DNA of 58,690 nt, the filler included, from Sphacelaria rigidula (Eukaryota): the NCBI GenBank assembly GCA_964200075.2. It is 4 parts of 4 records of this genome, joined end to end, with 100 filler letters (N's around TTAATTAATTAA, not from the genome) between each part and the next. Parts side by side here need not be neighbours in the genome. Positions count along the whole stretch, not along the records: positions 29,402 to 43,996 come from CAXNAA020002154.1; positions 44,097 to 58,690 come from CAXNAA020002155.1; 2 more parts are not named here. One strand, given 5' to 3'. Below the pieces are notes generated by a model, which did no database searches, was not told the DNA's origin, and saw only the letters and a program-made list of their open reading frames with translations. This document shows, in pieces, positions 34,201 to 47,404 of the stretch. Both the position numbers and the translations under genes were made by a program. Position 1 is the first letter of the stretch. The number at the start of each line of letters is the position of its first letter.

Positions 34201-36199
34201 GCGGTTTGATCAACGAACCTTCCCCGCTCCACCATCGTTAGTGCCACAGTCCACACCTCGTGTAGAACTCAACCTTGAACACTTTGGTATTCTTCACGCC
34301 GCCTTGGCCTATCGAAAAAATGAACAAGCTGGCCGAGCTGCTTACCACCTACGATACGATGGTAGTACTGGTGTTACCCTCTCCGTTGATCCTCAGCTGC
34401 TAGAAGTTGCACTCGTTCGCCGAAGTGGCATGCCTGCCCTCACGGAACATTACCTTGCCGAAATGCTTTCTCGGGTTGGTGCGCCTGCCTGCACCGGGCA
34501 CTTTGTCTCCGCAGGAAAACAACTCCCACCCCTCATGGGTCATGCTAACTTGGAACCCGGTAATGTTTTGGGCATCGCCGCTGCTCCCTTATTGCGTATT
34601 CCACTGGAGACATGTGTAAGTTAACCCTCGGCGCCCACTCCTGCGCCTCGATAGACTGATCTGTCAATTGCGTCGATATTTCGACCTAGCCTCTTTGTCT
34701 TCACCACATGCTCACACTGTGGACCCTGCTCGGTCAACTTCCGACCCTCCTGATGAAGTGCTCCAACGCCCATCACCAGAATATCGGAAGATTTTCTTGC
34801 ACATGTGGCATCAACTCCGACCCCATTGGCGTGATGACGGTCTCGACCTACATGGGCCCGGTTGGGAACCCGCTGAATTAAAAAAAATGAGCGGTGTTTT
34901 TTTGGAGTACGAAGACCGATTTTCTCGATCCAAGACGAATCTTGGGCATTGCAAAACGCTGCCCTATAGAATCACACTTCAACCGGGCGTTTCGCCAATC
35001 TCCTGTCGAACGTAGCCGCCCCCCCGCAACCGCGCGCCACGAGCCTCGTCAACACCCGCCACGCGTAATGCGCGCAACACGACGCGCACTATTTTGACAA
35101 CGCCGTCTTCCGCGGTGCTGTCAGTGCCCACCCTTCCTGATGGTGGAATCGGCGCCTCGGATCCTGATCCCGATGTGGATACGAGCTATGCCAGCTTAAA
35201 AGCGGCTAAACTTTTCTCACACCACAGCAATCCCAGTTTCCCCAATGAACCCGATGTGAGCATATCACTTTGAACTGCAGACCCACCTGATAACAAAGGA
35301 CTGCGTCGCTGTTCGATTGGCGTCGTATTGCCGATAACGTTATTGCATTGCATAGAGTACGGGGTGCATCTCATATCGTTGGGCGATAGCGTGTCGGAGT
35401 GCTTTTTCTTTATGCGGTGGGTTCACGTCAGCAATCATCCCGCACTGGGTATTAGTGGGGTGCAGCAGCGTCACGCAACACGTTGCACGCTCGGTCCAAC
35501 TCGACGACTGTTGAGCTGAAATTCCACGAAGATCTTCTGCACCCAATAAAATGATACGTCTCGTGAGTAGCTGCAGGTTCTTATTTTTTACTAGATTTAT
35601 GACATTATCTTGTTTCTTCTAAAAATTCAAATCCCCCATAACTTCCTCTTTTTTTCTTTTTTTCTTTGCTGCTGACGTGATGTTCTGCATCCCGATCATG
35701 AAAATCTGCTGTCAAAATTTCAGTCTCTAACTCCTCCTGATATCGCGCCGTGCGTCGCCTGAGCGAGAAAACCACCCATTGTTGGCCGGCCCAGCTCGTG
35801 TTGACGTTGGCACCCCCGCCCCGTCGCGTGTCCCACCTCTCCCTGAGCCGCCATGCCTGGTCGGCTCTTCAACGCGAGACCAACTGCGCGAGTTCCTTGC
35901 CAGTTACTCCCATCGTGATTGGGCTCGTGAACAACAAGCAGAACCATTACGCCGCGCTACCGTGCGGTACTTACAGCTTGGCTGCCCTGTCCCTATCCCA
36001 GCCACCGTTTTGGCCCCGTTGCTACACTGCCACACCATACGCCTCTGAGGTGTACGAACTCGCACGTAAATGTATTATCTTCACCACTGATGACGGTATT
36101 CAGCTGCTTGTCCGCCGCCCTACACCTTAGCTGGGCATAAGTTTAACCACAACCACTGGACGTCATGCACGCCGACTCGAGGACGAACCCGCTCGCATT

Positions 36200-36950
36200 T
36201 ATGTCCCGTTTTCGATGCGACTGTGGGTAATGAAAGATTGTCACACTGACCTGTCTTGCCCTCTTGTTGTCACGAGCACGTTAGCGCTACTAAAACGTTT
36301 CTACTGGTGGATCGGTATGGAAGTATCCACTCGTTTTTGGATTCGGCGATGCTTCAAGTGTCAAGTTCGTCAAACCTCACGGTAGGCAATAAATTGGCCT
36401 GTCATTTCTATGGAACTTTCCAACGCCCCCGGCCACCTCGTGTCGTTGGACTATTTGGGTCCCTCATCGACCAGCGGTCGTGGCAACACCTCCATTTTTG
36501 TCTTCAGCGACCGCTTCAGCCGCCATACGCCCATGTACGCAGTCACCGCTGGAGACTGCATAGCCGCAGTCACAGCTAACATCCTAGTTCACGACTATAT
36601 TAAGCACCATGGTTGTCCGAAACGGATCCTTTCCGACAAGGATCACCAATTTTGCTCCGACCTCTCGGACGAGGGGCATACGCTCCTAGGCATTCGCAAG
36701 ATAGCCGCGAGCGCCGACCACCTCAATGAGAACGGTGGCACTGAAAGGGGTAATCACACCATGGCCCAGATGCTATCTATGGTTGTCAACGACCGTCAAA
36801 ATGATTGGGATCTCCATTTGACATGCCATGCTGTCTTATAACAACTCGGTCAACGCCGCTACCGGTCTCTATCCGAACGAGTTACATCTTGGTCGCTACT
36901 TCCGTTTGCCCATCACTGCATTTGAGCGACACACCTTCGATGGTCACCAA
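36200..36950 (+). pseudogene. Integrase remnant (HHCC region and DDE core)
   Basis: RFYWWIGM..WIRRCFKCQ, VSLDYLGP, FSDRFSR, CPKRILSDKDHQF, NGGTERGNHTMAQML. Confidence 0.92.
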
Positions 36951-36953
36951 GAA

Positions 36954-37299
36954 CAGCGGATCATAGAAATTGAGGATGGAGCTTTTCATTGAGGATGAGA
37001 ATCCAGAGGATTAAAGTCTTCGTACCGACACCAAATCTTCGAAATATGTTTCCATTCCTTCACCTAGTGGTAGCTGTTGACGGATAACCTAAGTTCCCCA
37101 AGATTGTTTCTTCACCTAGCACACCAACGTTTCGGTTATCGACATCCAAATTTGTAGGGCGTGTAGCAGTTGTCAATAGCTACCAGTAGGTGAATGAATG
37201 GAACCATATTTCGAAGATTTGGTATGGATACGAAGATTTTAGTCCTCCGGGTTCTCATCCTTAATGAGGAGCTCCATCCTCAATTTCGATGATGTGTTG
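36954..37299. mobile_element. Foldback MITE (hAT-like) inserted in the integrase C-terminal region
   Basis: ~125 bp inverted arms, with ccaag duplicated at both flanks. Removal restores ..DGHQGLDQD.. Second copy at 41012-41458. Confidence 0.88.
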
Positions 37300-37849
37300 T
37301 CCAAGGCTTGGATCAGGATTAGATGTCCTACGACGATCTAGCGCGTGCACGTTAGCGCAAAGCTCTCACCCTCGTACGTGAACAACATGCTATCAGCGCT
37401 TCGCGCCTTGAGATATCCCACCCTGCTCTCTCCAGTTTGATGCACAAACGCCCTACTTGGAAGGTTGGTGATTTGGTCTGGGTTTACAATAGTTTATCGA
37501 CCATCCGCCACGGCGCCGGCAGAGCCCCCAACGAAATAGTCTAGAAGACGAAATTATTCCGTAACAGGACAAGACCATTCAAGATTTTGACGGTGGGATC
37601 CTCCCATCGTCACCTGATAGGAAGCTTGTTGGCGATAGACTTCTTTATCTTGACCTCCCTCGCAATCTTCGAGGATATGACGCCAAATCTCGCGTCTCTG
37701 TGCACCGATGCACACCGTGCACGAATTCTCATGGCACTAGTGATATGTCCAAATATTTGCTTACCGGTCTGACATAATATGTGCTTAACAGCTGTTCGTC
37801 CAAGTCACCGCCTTATCACGTTACCATTGACGACATGACCGAACAACCC

Positions 37850-38310
37850 CTCCGCCTGGCTATATCTCGTAGCTCTTGTCACCAGATCACTCGCGGTCGA
37901 GGAGGTAAGATTGTCGTCATGTACAAAACTCACTGGCAAGATCTTTGGACGGCGTCTGGGAACGTGAAATCAACCTTCAGCTGCACCGCCGAGCTACTTT
38001 TCTGTACTGGACGCAACCCCAGGAGCAACATCTCGCTAACAACAAGAAATACCACGACATGCGCTGTAGCGCAGCAGCCCGTTTTGCGCTGTGCCGCCGA
38101 TGGTTATGAATTGGTTCCCTTCAGGCATTGGGAAAAAAAGATCCGCGCAAAACGGAGAACCCTCCCCAAAGGCGCCTGTTTGTGGTACAAAGGCAGCGAC
38201 AACCTCTGGTGGCTGGGCCAGACCCGCTCCGCCGACCTGAACGCGACTGACACCTACATCGCGCGTTTCATCGATGGCCCTAGACCCGTGCAGCTCAAGC
38301 TCCGCCCACA
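37850..38310 (+). pseudogene. Integrase C-terminal chromodomain-like plus Tudor/SH3-like modules
   Basis: CHQITRGRGGKIVVMYKTHWQDL/WEREINL (frameshifted), then LWYKGSDNLWWLGQ..YIARFIDGP. Confidence 0.55.
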
Positions 38311-39089
38311 GCTATTCCACCAGTCCATCCGCACCACGAGAATCTTGGTGCGTCCAACGGCTCAAGTCCGAAGGCCTCCGCCGCGGAATCCAACACAACA
38401 TGGATCGCATACATGATGTCAACGCACCGCTTTGAGCTTTCACCTCACCTTCTGCCTTTGATACACGACATATCCCTCTGTTCCACTTCCCCTATCATGG
38501 AGAAAATCTCTCCTGTTTTCATCATTCAGAACAAATAATTTTCACGACACCGATACCTTCAACAGCCTAGACCCGAAGCTTCTTCGGCGCACAGCGACGG
38601 ACCACGAACGGGGCTTGCCTAGAGCACATTTGTCCTCGGCTACTGGAGTTTTTCGTATTCTCACTCTTGATTTGTATGACTGGTGCTGGACTCTTTTGAG
38701 TCTTTGAGTGACTGATTCCCTTGCCTTAGCTCACCATGAGCTCGTTGCATGTGATTGTTCTTTTGGCGACTTAGTCTGGTATCACCCACGTAGACGTTGT
38801 GCCCCTGGTATGCCTTGTATTTCGCCTTTTTATTCGGCTAGCGCGTCGAAGCATTTGGTGTTCTTCCCTTTGAGTTTGCTAGCCCGCAGCAGCGTTGTGT
38901 GCCCTTACGTCTTCGAGCGCACTCGCGGTTTTTGTAGCAGATTCTGCTTCCCTTGTTTGAGGCGTGGGAGGATCGGGCAAAGGAGTGAATATTTCCCTCC
39001 TGATTTTGGGTGTACTTTTAATCCGGCCACTACGGTCGGGTGCTTTCCCGGCATTTTTTCCTAATACAATTCGGTCTCCGTGCCATTCC

Positions 39090-40160
39090 TGACTTCGCGT
39101 GCAGAAAAGCCTCGATTTTCGTTGCTCTTCGAGACTTCTCATCGCAACTGTAATAGAGGCTCATCTGGGTAGGCTAGTGACATTAGGCTAGGAGGCGTTC
39201 ATAGGTAAGTACTCGGGACTGAACGATGGTAGATCTGATCAGGCTTGATCGGTTCGGATGTGGGCTTGATAAAAGGCAATAGGCAACAACCTGTTTGACT
39301 CTCCTGGCCCACTCGCGACCGTGGACCGTTTGCGAAGCTAGCAATAGTCCGATGAGCGATGTGAAAGAGCATAGAGGAGAGCGAAAAGTGAGCGAGTGTC
39401 TTGAAGATAAAGTTGATATCAACCTGCCTTTGTGTGAAGCTGTGCTTGGGGTGCTAACTTATCGCAAGCACATCAAGAAACCCTTGTGCAGATCGCTTGA
39501 TTGATAAATCTGCCCAGCTTACCCGCGTGCCTTGTAGTGCACGCCTGACAACCCCTTGACACGATGATAATAACCGTTGATGTGATTATAATAAGAACCC
39601 GGGATGAATAAACAGGAACACCCGCTGAAGAGAATACTGGAAGGGGCAAACGAACTGAGAAAAGACGGATAAGTGTCATGAAGCTAGGATCGGGCAACGG
39701 AGTGGATGTTGACCTCGTCGTCTGGGGTGTACCTTTTTGTTTTCAGCCACTATGGCCGAGTGCCTTTAGAGCAATGAGTTCGCCTCCCTTGTCGCTCATG
39801 ACTTGGCGTGGAGAAAATCCTCGGTTTTCGTTGCTTTTCGAGATTTCTCATCGCAACTGTAATAGAGGTTCGTCTGGATGGGCGAGTGTCATGAAGCTAG
39901 GGGGCGTTTATGATCAAATCTGGGATTTTATAGTTGCGGGTCTGATCAAGCTTGATTAGGCCGGATGTGAGACTGATGAAAGGTACAGGCATGGCTTTTC
40001 CTTAGGCATCCCGGTTACTCGCTAAAGTGGAGCCGACAGCTAAGCAATTGCTATAGCCGGAGAGCAACGTGAGAGAGCATTGAACGGAGCGAAAACGAAT
40101 ACGAGTGAACAAGAGGCTTTTGTATCAAGTGGATATAGCTTACTGCGTGAAGCTATTGAG
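39090..40160 (+). repeat. ~350 bp direct repeat pair (period ~710 bp) 3' of the Ty3 element, possibly UTR/LTR-derived
   Basis: ttttcgttgct.ttcgaga.ttctcatcgcaactgtaatagagg at ~39116 and ~39825. Confidence 0.75.
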
Positions 40161-41011
40161 GTGTGAACTACTTTGGACACAATCATAACCAGAGAGGATT
40201 GACCTTGCTTGGATAGTCAGAGTCGACCCGACGCGCACACAGAGGTGCATGCATAACAACACCATGACATTTATTTAGTGTGATGAAGCTCGGAGGCGTT
40301 GCAAGATATACACTGTGCGGGTCTGCTCGTAGATCTTGAGTTCCGTGACGCGTTGTTACCGCGTTTGCTATCATTAGTTAGGATTGTTCAGGAGCAGCCA
40401 GAGGCTGCTCCGAGCCATCTCGATCAGTTACTAGGTTGCCTCGGTCTACTCTGGGCCATCACTACGCTCTGCTCCGATGGCTGGGCCGCGGCTGTACTGA
40501 GTAAGAGAGCTGCTAGTAGATATCACGTGATGCTATGAAACACGTGAGTTCCCGATCAGCAGTATACATGAATGAACTTACTCTGTGATTGTTCATGATG
40601 GATAGCTGTAGGTCTGTTTGATGTTTCCCACGTGGGAGCTTGGTGGGTTGGCACCATGGTATCTCCTGGCACTCATACTGAGAGACCCCAGCCAGTGCAT
40701 TAGCTACACCATCATTTTAACAATAACAGTCAGAGCAAGCTAAAATGTGAAGGAAAGGGAAACATAGAATCAAGGAAGATGCCGGGCTGAGATCTAGTAC
40801 CGGTCTCTTGAAAAATTAGCAGATCCCTACCGCGCAGCTACATCAAATGAAGACACCGCACGGGGGGGAAATACGTAAAATGAGAGCAAGAACAGCAAGG
40901 GGAATCAGGAGCATCCATGTCCAGATTTCTTGAGACTCATACCCCGAGAACCTCCGAATCGGGGAAACATAGCGGGATACGCATATCACAGTGGTATTTT
41001 TCTCCATGTAG

Positions 41012-41458
41012 CAGCCGATCATCGAAAGTGAGGATGAAGCTTTTCATTGAGGATGAGAACCCGTAGAATTAGAATCTTTTTATCCACAACAAATCTTCGA
41101 AATATGTTTCCATTCCTTCACCTACTGATAGCTAATCACAAGTACTACAAGTCGTACAAATTTGGATCGCGATAACCGAAATGTTGGGGTCCTATGGTAA
41201 TAAGTTCAAAAGCAATATAGGAGAATTTTGGCGATCCGATGGGACCACCAAAATTCCTCGAATGTCTCCTTCATTTAATACCCCAACACTTCGGTTATCG
41301 ACATCCAAGTTCGTAGGGCGTGTAGCAGTTATCAATACCTACCAGTAGGTGAATAAATGGAACCATATTTCGAAGATCTGGTATTGATACGAAGATTTTT
41401 GTCCTCCGGGTTCTCATCCGTAATGAAAAGCTCCATCTTCGATTTCGATGATCGGCTA
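41012..41458. mobile_element. Foldback MITE, copy 2
   Basis: cagccgatcatcgaaa ... tttcgatgatcggcta with ~180 bp arms, homologous to 36954-37299. Confidence 0.88.
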
Positions 41459-41731
41459 TCATATTGCGGTTGTCCTAAATTATCATTCAGAAGTGAGAAA
41501 AAAGGCTTCTGCCTGGACTGTATATTTACAATTTTGCCTCGGAAACACCTACTGCGAGGACTCCGAAAAGCGATATGCGGCCTGAGCGATGCCTAAGCTG
41601 TGGGAAATCCATATTTTGCTTGCAAAGATAGCTGCGAAGAATTCGTGTTTGGCCTTGCAATAAATGTGAGAAACTCATACTGTTCATACATGAAAAGGCA
41701 CGTGTGCGAGGGAGTGGGGGGGGGAGGGTTA

Positions 41732-43705
41732 CGAGCTGGGCCGGCCTAGACGTGGATTTGAGCTCTCAAAGCAATATCCCGTCGACACAGACGAGACGGG
41801 CGTGATCCGCAAATCGAATTAATCGTCTGATCCAGAGGAAGGTGCCCATTTGCTCAAGAATATGGGCCAATTTTTTCTCGTTGATCTAACCCCATTTCTA
41901 TCAATAGTTATTCCTAAACCGTACGGAGATAGCGTCCATGCTGAACTCTATATAAAACCCGAACGATGTATACGGGGGTGACGGCGATTTTTGGTGTGGA
42001 CATTCCCTGGAGCACGGAGAAACGGTCGATACCCTCAACTACGCCTCATTCGTTATCTATCTCGAGATGTGGCGCACATGATAAGATTCCATACTAAAAT
42101 CAATAGATTGCGAGCAGAGGCACTACAGTTCTGGGCGCCTGAATTATTTATTGTTCAGAAAAGGTTTTCTCGCGAGTACCCTTCGATAGAATCCGAAAGT
42201 GCTAGCGTCGGTAGAGTTTGGTGAAATGAAAAGGTCGTCGTATCCCCCAGTGCCCAAGTTTGTGTTACTTGGTGTCACAGGGCGGTACGAGTAGATATCC
42301 CGTTTATCAGGAGGGTGTTATTGACCGTGACACACAGTTATTCGACTCTAGTGCGATGAGTACTTAGAATTTTAAAAGGAAAATTTTGTACATTTCTTCA
42401 CAAATACGATCGGGACAGGCTCGATCGACCGAAAGTACCAACGACTCAGAATCTGGACTGAAACCTGGCAGGACCCCCGATGACCGATCAGCCCGCCGTA
42501 AGTCACTCAATATTGAGTATAGATTATTTTGTTTCTTGGGCTCTGGAGCGGATACAAGTATGTTCAGATGCTCGATGTGATGAGGGGTTGCAAGCGAAAG
42601 AACCTTACAAAATCGCCAAATACGAAGAAACTATCAACATTAACAGTTCAGGCGCCCAGCACTACTGTATATTCACTAAATCTGGATGTCGCGTCCCAGT
42701 TTTCGAGAGTGGTGTTCTGAAATTTGGTGTGAGGAATCGCTCAAGTGCACAATGCAAAAAAACAGCCATTGTTTCCCCCTCTTTTTCCGTTTTTCTTCTT
42801 CATTCTCATAGGGGACTTTGAAGGGAAATTGGACAATGCTCGGATCTCGTCTCAGTTTTTTAGCTCATTATTTAGAATTGTGATTCGAAACGTATGTGGA
42901 GAATCGTGAAGTCATGCTGAAGAAAAAAATGAGTCTCCGTTTTTTCCTTTGGAGAGGTGTGGGCGTTCTCGTGAAAATATAAAATTTACCATAGTAAAAT
43001 GTCCTAATCGAGTGAAACAAAAAATAAGTTTTCTCACTTTTGTTTGATTAACCCCCTTGGAACAGTTGATGGAATAATGACGATCTACAGCTGACGTTTA
43101 CTTGGGCAAGATATGGTTGTTTCTCGGCAACTATTGATGATGCAGCCCACCAAAACGGTGTATGACTCTTAGTTCAAGTATACTAATGTGGCGGGTGCGT
43201 GCACCGAACTCGAAGTGACGTATTCCCGGTAACGAAAGCTCGCACATGAGAGTTCGTATTGCTTTCCGGGAGGTCCGAAAGGGTTAATTATGACCTAGCG
43301 AGGTCCCATACAAAGGTTCAAAACACAGGTGACAAGCATGGGCCGGTAAATCGCCTGGTAAATATTGTTCCGAATTTCGCCCGGCCCGGTTTCTAAATCG
43401 CCCCGCCTCACCTAAATGTTGAGAATAGCACTTTTAAATTTAGTACTGAAGAAGAATGGGGCATACCAGAGAATAATGTTTCGGGACAGTGAGTTTTTTT
43501 CCGTAAGTCAACCGCCTTTTCCTGAAAACTATGCACTGGTTGTTGCCAGTTACTGACGAAAAAAAAAAACTTTTTGTCCCGAAACGATATTATTTTTAGT
43601 ATAACCTTTTCTTCCCCCGTACCAAAACGAGAGTCAAACTCTCAAAAAATTGAGATGAGGCGGGGTCTGCACACTACAAATTCGCGTCCAGGCCAGCCCA
43701 GCTCG
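41732..43705. mobile_element. ~2 kb non-autonomous TA-flanked DNA transposon (CGAGCTGGG termini) with nested repeats
   Basis: TA|cgagctgggccggcctagacgtggatttg ... caaattcgcgtccaggccagcccagctcg|TA, ~29 bp TIR. No transposase ORF seen. Confidence 0.75.
43052..43283. mobile_element. Decayed piggyBac-like MITE
   Basis: TTAA|cccccttggaac ... ggtccgaaaggg|TTAA. Confidence 0.55.
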
Positions 43706-43996
43706 TATGGCTCCTGGGAGAAAAAAGGCCTGCCCCCTATTGACCAAGATAGAGGAAGCAAAAAGTTCAAGGAGAGAAACTCAGGAAGCAACGCAATACG
43801 GTATTTTGAGACGTCTTTGATGCCTCGCCGGCTGCTGTTGCTGCGCGACCGGTGACGACTCTGCTATTATTTGCAGTACTGAGCACAATAGGTTGGGGTG
43901 GCGTTAGTCTTCGCATGAGTCATCCTACGATAGGGGGGGGGGTATTTTGGGCCATTTGTTGCTCGAAATTCCGAGTCAGATCGTCGTTGAAAGCCG

Positions 43997-44096
43997 NNNN
44001 NNNNNNNNNNNNNNNNNNNNNNNNNNNNNNNNNNNNNNNNTTAATTAATTAANNNNNNNNNNNNNNNNNNNNNNNNNNNNNNNNNNNNNNNNNNNN
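43997..44096. other. Artificial contig spacer
   Basis: N44-TTAATTAATTAA-N44. Confidence 0.98.
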
Positions 44097-45049
44097 TCCT
44101 CCTGCACGAAACACGCACACACGCACTCGAGACACCCTGCTTGCAAGCAGTGCAAACAGTACAGACTGTCTGTACTGTACACGAGTGACCATGTGCCATT
44201 TCACGAATTCCTCTGTATTTTTTGGATCGAAAGCCTGAGAATCCATTTGCACGCACCTGCATCAAAACGAGGAAATTTCGCTCAGATCGATTCCATCGCC
44301 GCATTTTTCGATCGAAAACAAAAGTGCCTAGACCGGCCCTTACTATACACAATCCAATACCATCAGAGCTGAACTTGAGGAACTTGATGCAATAATTTCC
44401 TTCCAGTAGTGTTTACAACTTGGTCGATTAGAACCTTCCCGAAAATTTATTATATGATTTGAGTGTCAACAACGATATTCGGATCTTTGGGGCCCTTCTC
44501 AACCCTCAGACAGTGATCCCCCCGCAGGTGGACTGAGTTGGACTATGGCACATTTGAGGCTCAGAACTGCTCTTTTCTCGCTACACAAAACGCCTTTTTT
44601 ATGAATATGTGGATATTTATAATCCATAAAAAAAAGAGTAACGGAGAACACTTGACCAGTTTTGACAATGCAGTCAGTTGCGTGCAGAATCGGTATGTAT
44701 GTGTGCTGTATGTCTTCACTGGATACAACGGCAAGAGACAGTGTAAGTGTGCCATCGCTCTCCGCTGACAATTTACTGCATGCTGCTGATTGATGCCTCT
44801 GCCTAGTGCTCAACAACATTACAGACAGTGTGAAGCTATACTGGCAGCAAATGAGGGGTCAGACAGGCAGCGTAGACTACGAGTAGAATACTAAACAAGT
44901 TATTTGTACCCATGTAATCTATGGTTGATTCCCCATGACCAAAATAAATCGTTGGGCTAGACAGCGAATTAGTCCAATGTAGCCCACCCGAACCGGAAGA
45001 ACGTGCTGATTTTGACGACCGTGATTGGTCAAAATGGGGAGAGGACCCA

Positions 45050-45365
45050 AAGAAATGTTCGTACACAATGGCTGATGGGAAACATAATGGAATGTTGCAA
45101 ACCAACATTCACACTAACCCTAACCCTAACCCTAACTACGACCGTAGGCGCCCCAGACCCTCGGGCAAGGAGTGTGCATAGATTCCCCTAGGCGAAGTGT
45201 GCGTTGGCAGACCTTGAATCTTCGCGGCAGGCGTCAACTTCGACAAAACACGTTCTGGACGAGCTGGGTCCACTGCTCACCTGCCCCAAACCATGCATTT
45301 TCTCACAACTTTCTCAAGTTTCAAATCAAGCAGTCATCCCTGTCAACCATTGTGTACGATCATGT
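45050..45365 (+). repeat. IR-bounded ~315 bp module with interstitial (CCCTAA)n
   Basis: cgtacacaatggctgatggga ... tccctgtcaaccattgtgtacg, with (ctaacc)3-4 at 45114-45136. Close copy at 51960-52280. Confidence 0.8.
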
Positions 45366-47404
45366 GAAGCGGCGTAACCCGAACCCAAACTCGAACATGC
45401 GGCGGCGCCGAGTGAGCGAAAGTGATCGCCGCATATGTTGGGCATGCTTGGGACTACCGACCCTCTGCGGATCCGAATCGGCAACGCCCATGCGTCAGCA
45501 GGGCACCTTTCCTCACCCCTGCACCGTGGGTTCGGAACCGTCGTTTTGGTGAAAGAGGCAACGCTGTCATGTGACAAAAGGGACCCGGGCCCGATAGGCG
45601 ATTGTGACGCACGCAGCTCGTGCCGTCTCCCCGTGATGTTTGGACACCACGAGTAGCTCCTCTGTAATCGTGTATGCATCTCCGCTGCTGCAAGCGCCAT
45701 CGGCAGCGCCACGAGTAGCAGAAATACGATGGCATGCGGGGCGCAGCCGTCCTGCTCACCTCAACGCTTGCACAAACACAACCTAAACGGCAGCGAAATT
45801 TTTCAAACTTGGCTGTTCAAACATTTTTGGCCGCTGCGATCCTATTTAGTGGGCAAGAGAAGGAAATTCGCGAAATCGTTGTCGCGTCCGGGCGTCCCTG
45901 CTATGGTGTACGTTGTCTACACTAGCGCCATTCTCCACGGGACTGTAAAAAAAATCTGAGCAGGCCGCAGGCGCGAAGATGGTCGACTGTTTGAACGCCC
46001 TGTGATTCTGTTCCGAGATGTTGTACCCTTGACACCCCCGCGAGTTTTGGGAGGGTGGTTTTTGTAAACATGAATGGACGCCAGAAGAATATGTGCGCTT
46101 GTCGAAAGCGATGCACGAGGAACACATTTTAGGCGCTAGGTATTCAGCAACAGCTCGCCGTGGCTGAGTCGGGTGGGGTGGGCCTGTTTTGACCTACTCG
46201 TGACATTCGGCTGCGATTTCTGTCGGGTTCAGTGGTGTGGGGGCGGTAGCAACCCCCGTTGCATCATTTGTACTCACAACGGTCGCTGTCGAAGCCTTCA
46301 ACGACAATATTGCGTGCTTTTCTCACTACCGGGCACTGTGAGACGACCCGAAGGCACAGAACGTACCGTCGATCCCCCTTTTTTTCTTCTTCCGCGCTTT
46401 CCCCGCAACGATCTATTTTTTTTGCCTTATATTCTTTATGCACTATGCGAGCTCTCCCAACGTTCCATTGTCGTTGACACAAACTTCTGCCTGCTCGATT
46501 TTATTCTCTCTGTCTCTCTCCATTTCACACCCTCTCTCTCGTCGCCGTTTCTAATGCTTTCTTGTCTTTTGGCGTGATGACAGACCCTAGCGTTACTATG
46601 GGTGTGTGTAGCGGTGTTCCTACTCCCTGGGGAGCTAGAAAAAATCAGCACTGGCGTATCCCCTCATCATGAGGCAGGGCGAGCAGGATCTCCACCTGGG
46701 ATGCGCGGGAGATTGCCGGGAGGGCAGGTAGGGACATATGTACGTGTGCATGACGTATCGCTCCGCCTTTTTTGTTCACATGAAACATTCCTCTGCTTGG
46801 TGATGTTCACAAATTGAATCTTCCTATGCTATCTGAGAAACAAGAACGATTGTAATCACCCATGAGTGTTTTTCTCGGGAGAAAGCGTGTTATGTTGTTC
46901 TTGGTTCATTAACCTGTATTCGAGTACATCGTCCGTGAGCGGTTACAACATGCGATTGCCCCTGACGCGGCTCTGGACCACAGACACGGGAAGAGGCGCT
47001 GCCCACGTGGTCTATGGTCATGTTCTAGTTGTTTTGTGGGGTCTGCTTCAGGTTTGGTGAATATCTAGTGTGCGTGAAGCATGCACACAGATACACTTCA
47101 CCACCGGACCTCCAGCACCTGAGACATGGTTTCACAGCAAATGGTGAGGCTTCGCTGCATCATCCACACCTCATGGTGACCAAACAACTGCGATAGAGCC
47201 CTGTCAGGTACCCCTATTAGGGATGCAAATAGGTCACAGATCATGTAGGAAAAAATTCCCAAAAGGTGCCAGTCAGAAACAAAGAATCCGTCCGGTCGGT
47301 TCCGAGAGAACCCCAGAAGACCTTCTGCATATATGACACACACTGCTCAGGTGCATTGCTTACGGCCGTACTGTCTGTACACCATGATTCATCTTACGGG
47401 TAAG

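Larger units (their letters stand above)
30210..38760 (+). mobile_element. Decayed Ty3/Gypsy LTR retrotransposon internal region (gag-PR-[RT/RH deleted]-IN-chromo)
   Basis: CCHC knuckle, LDSGS protease motif, RT N-terminal lead-in and integrase in Ty3 order, with many stops and frameshifts. LTRs were not delimited. Confidence 0.88.

Noticed and set aside
44984..45060. Plus-strand exon PPEPEERADFDDRDWSKWGEDPKKC
   Set aside because: Its 3' part matches the repeat at ~51950-51990 and the donor site is weak.
46950..47052. First exon with a signal-like peptide (MRLPLTRLW..VLWGLLQ|gt)
   Set aside because: No supportable downstream exons or homology.
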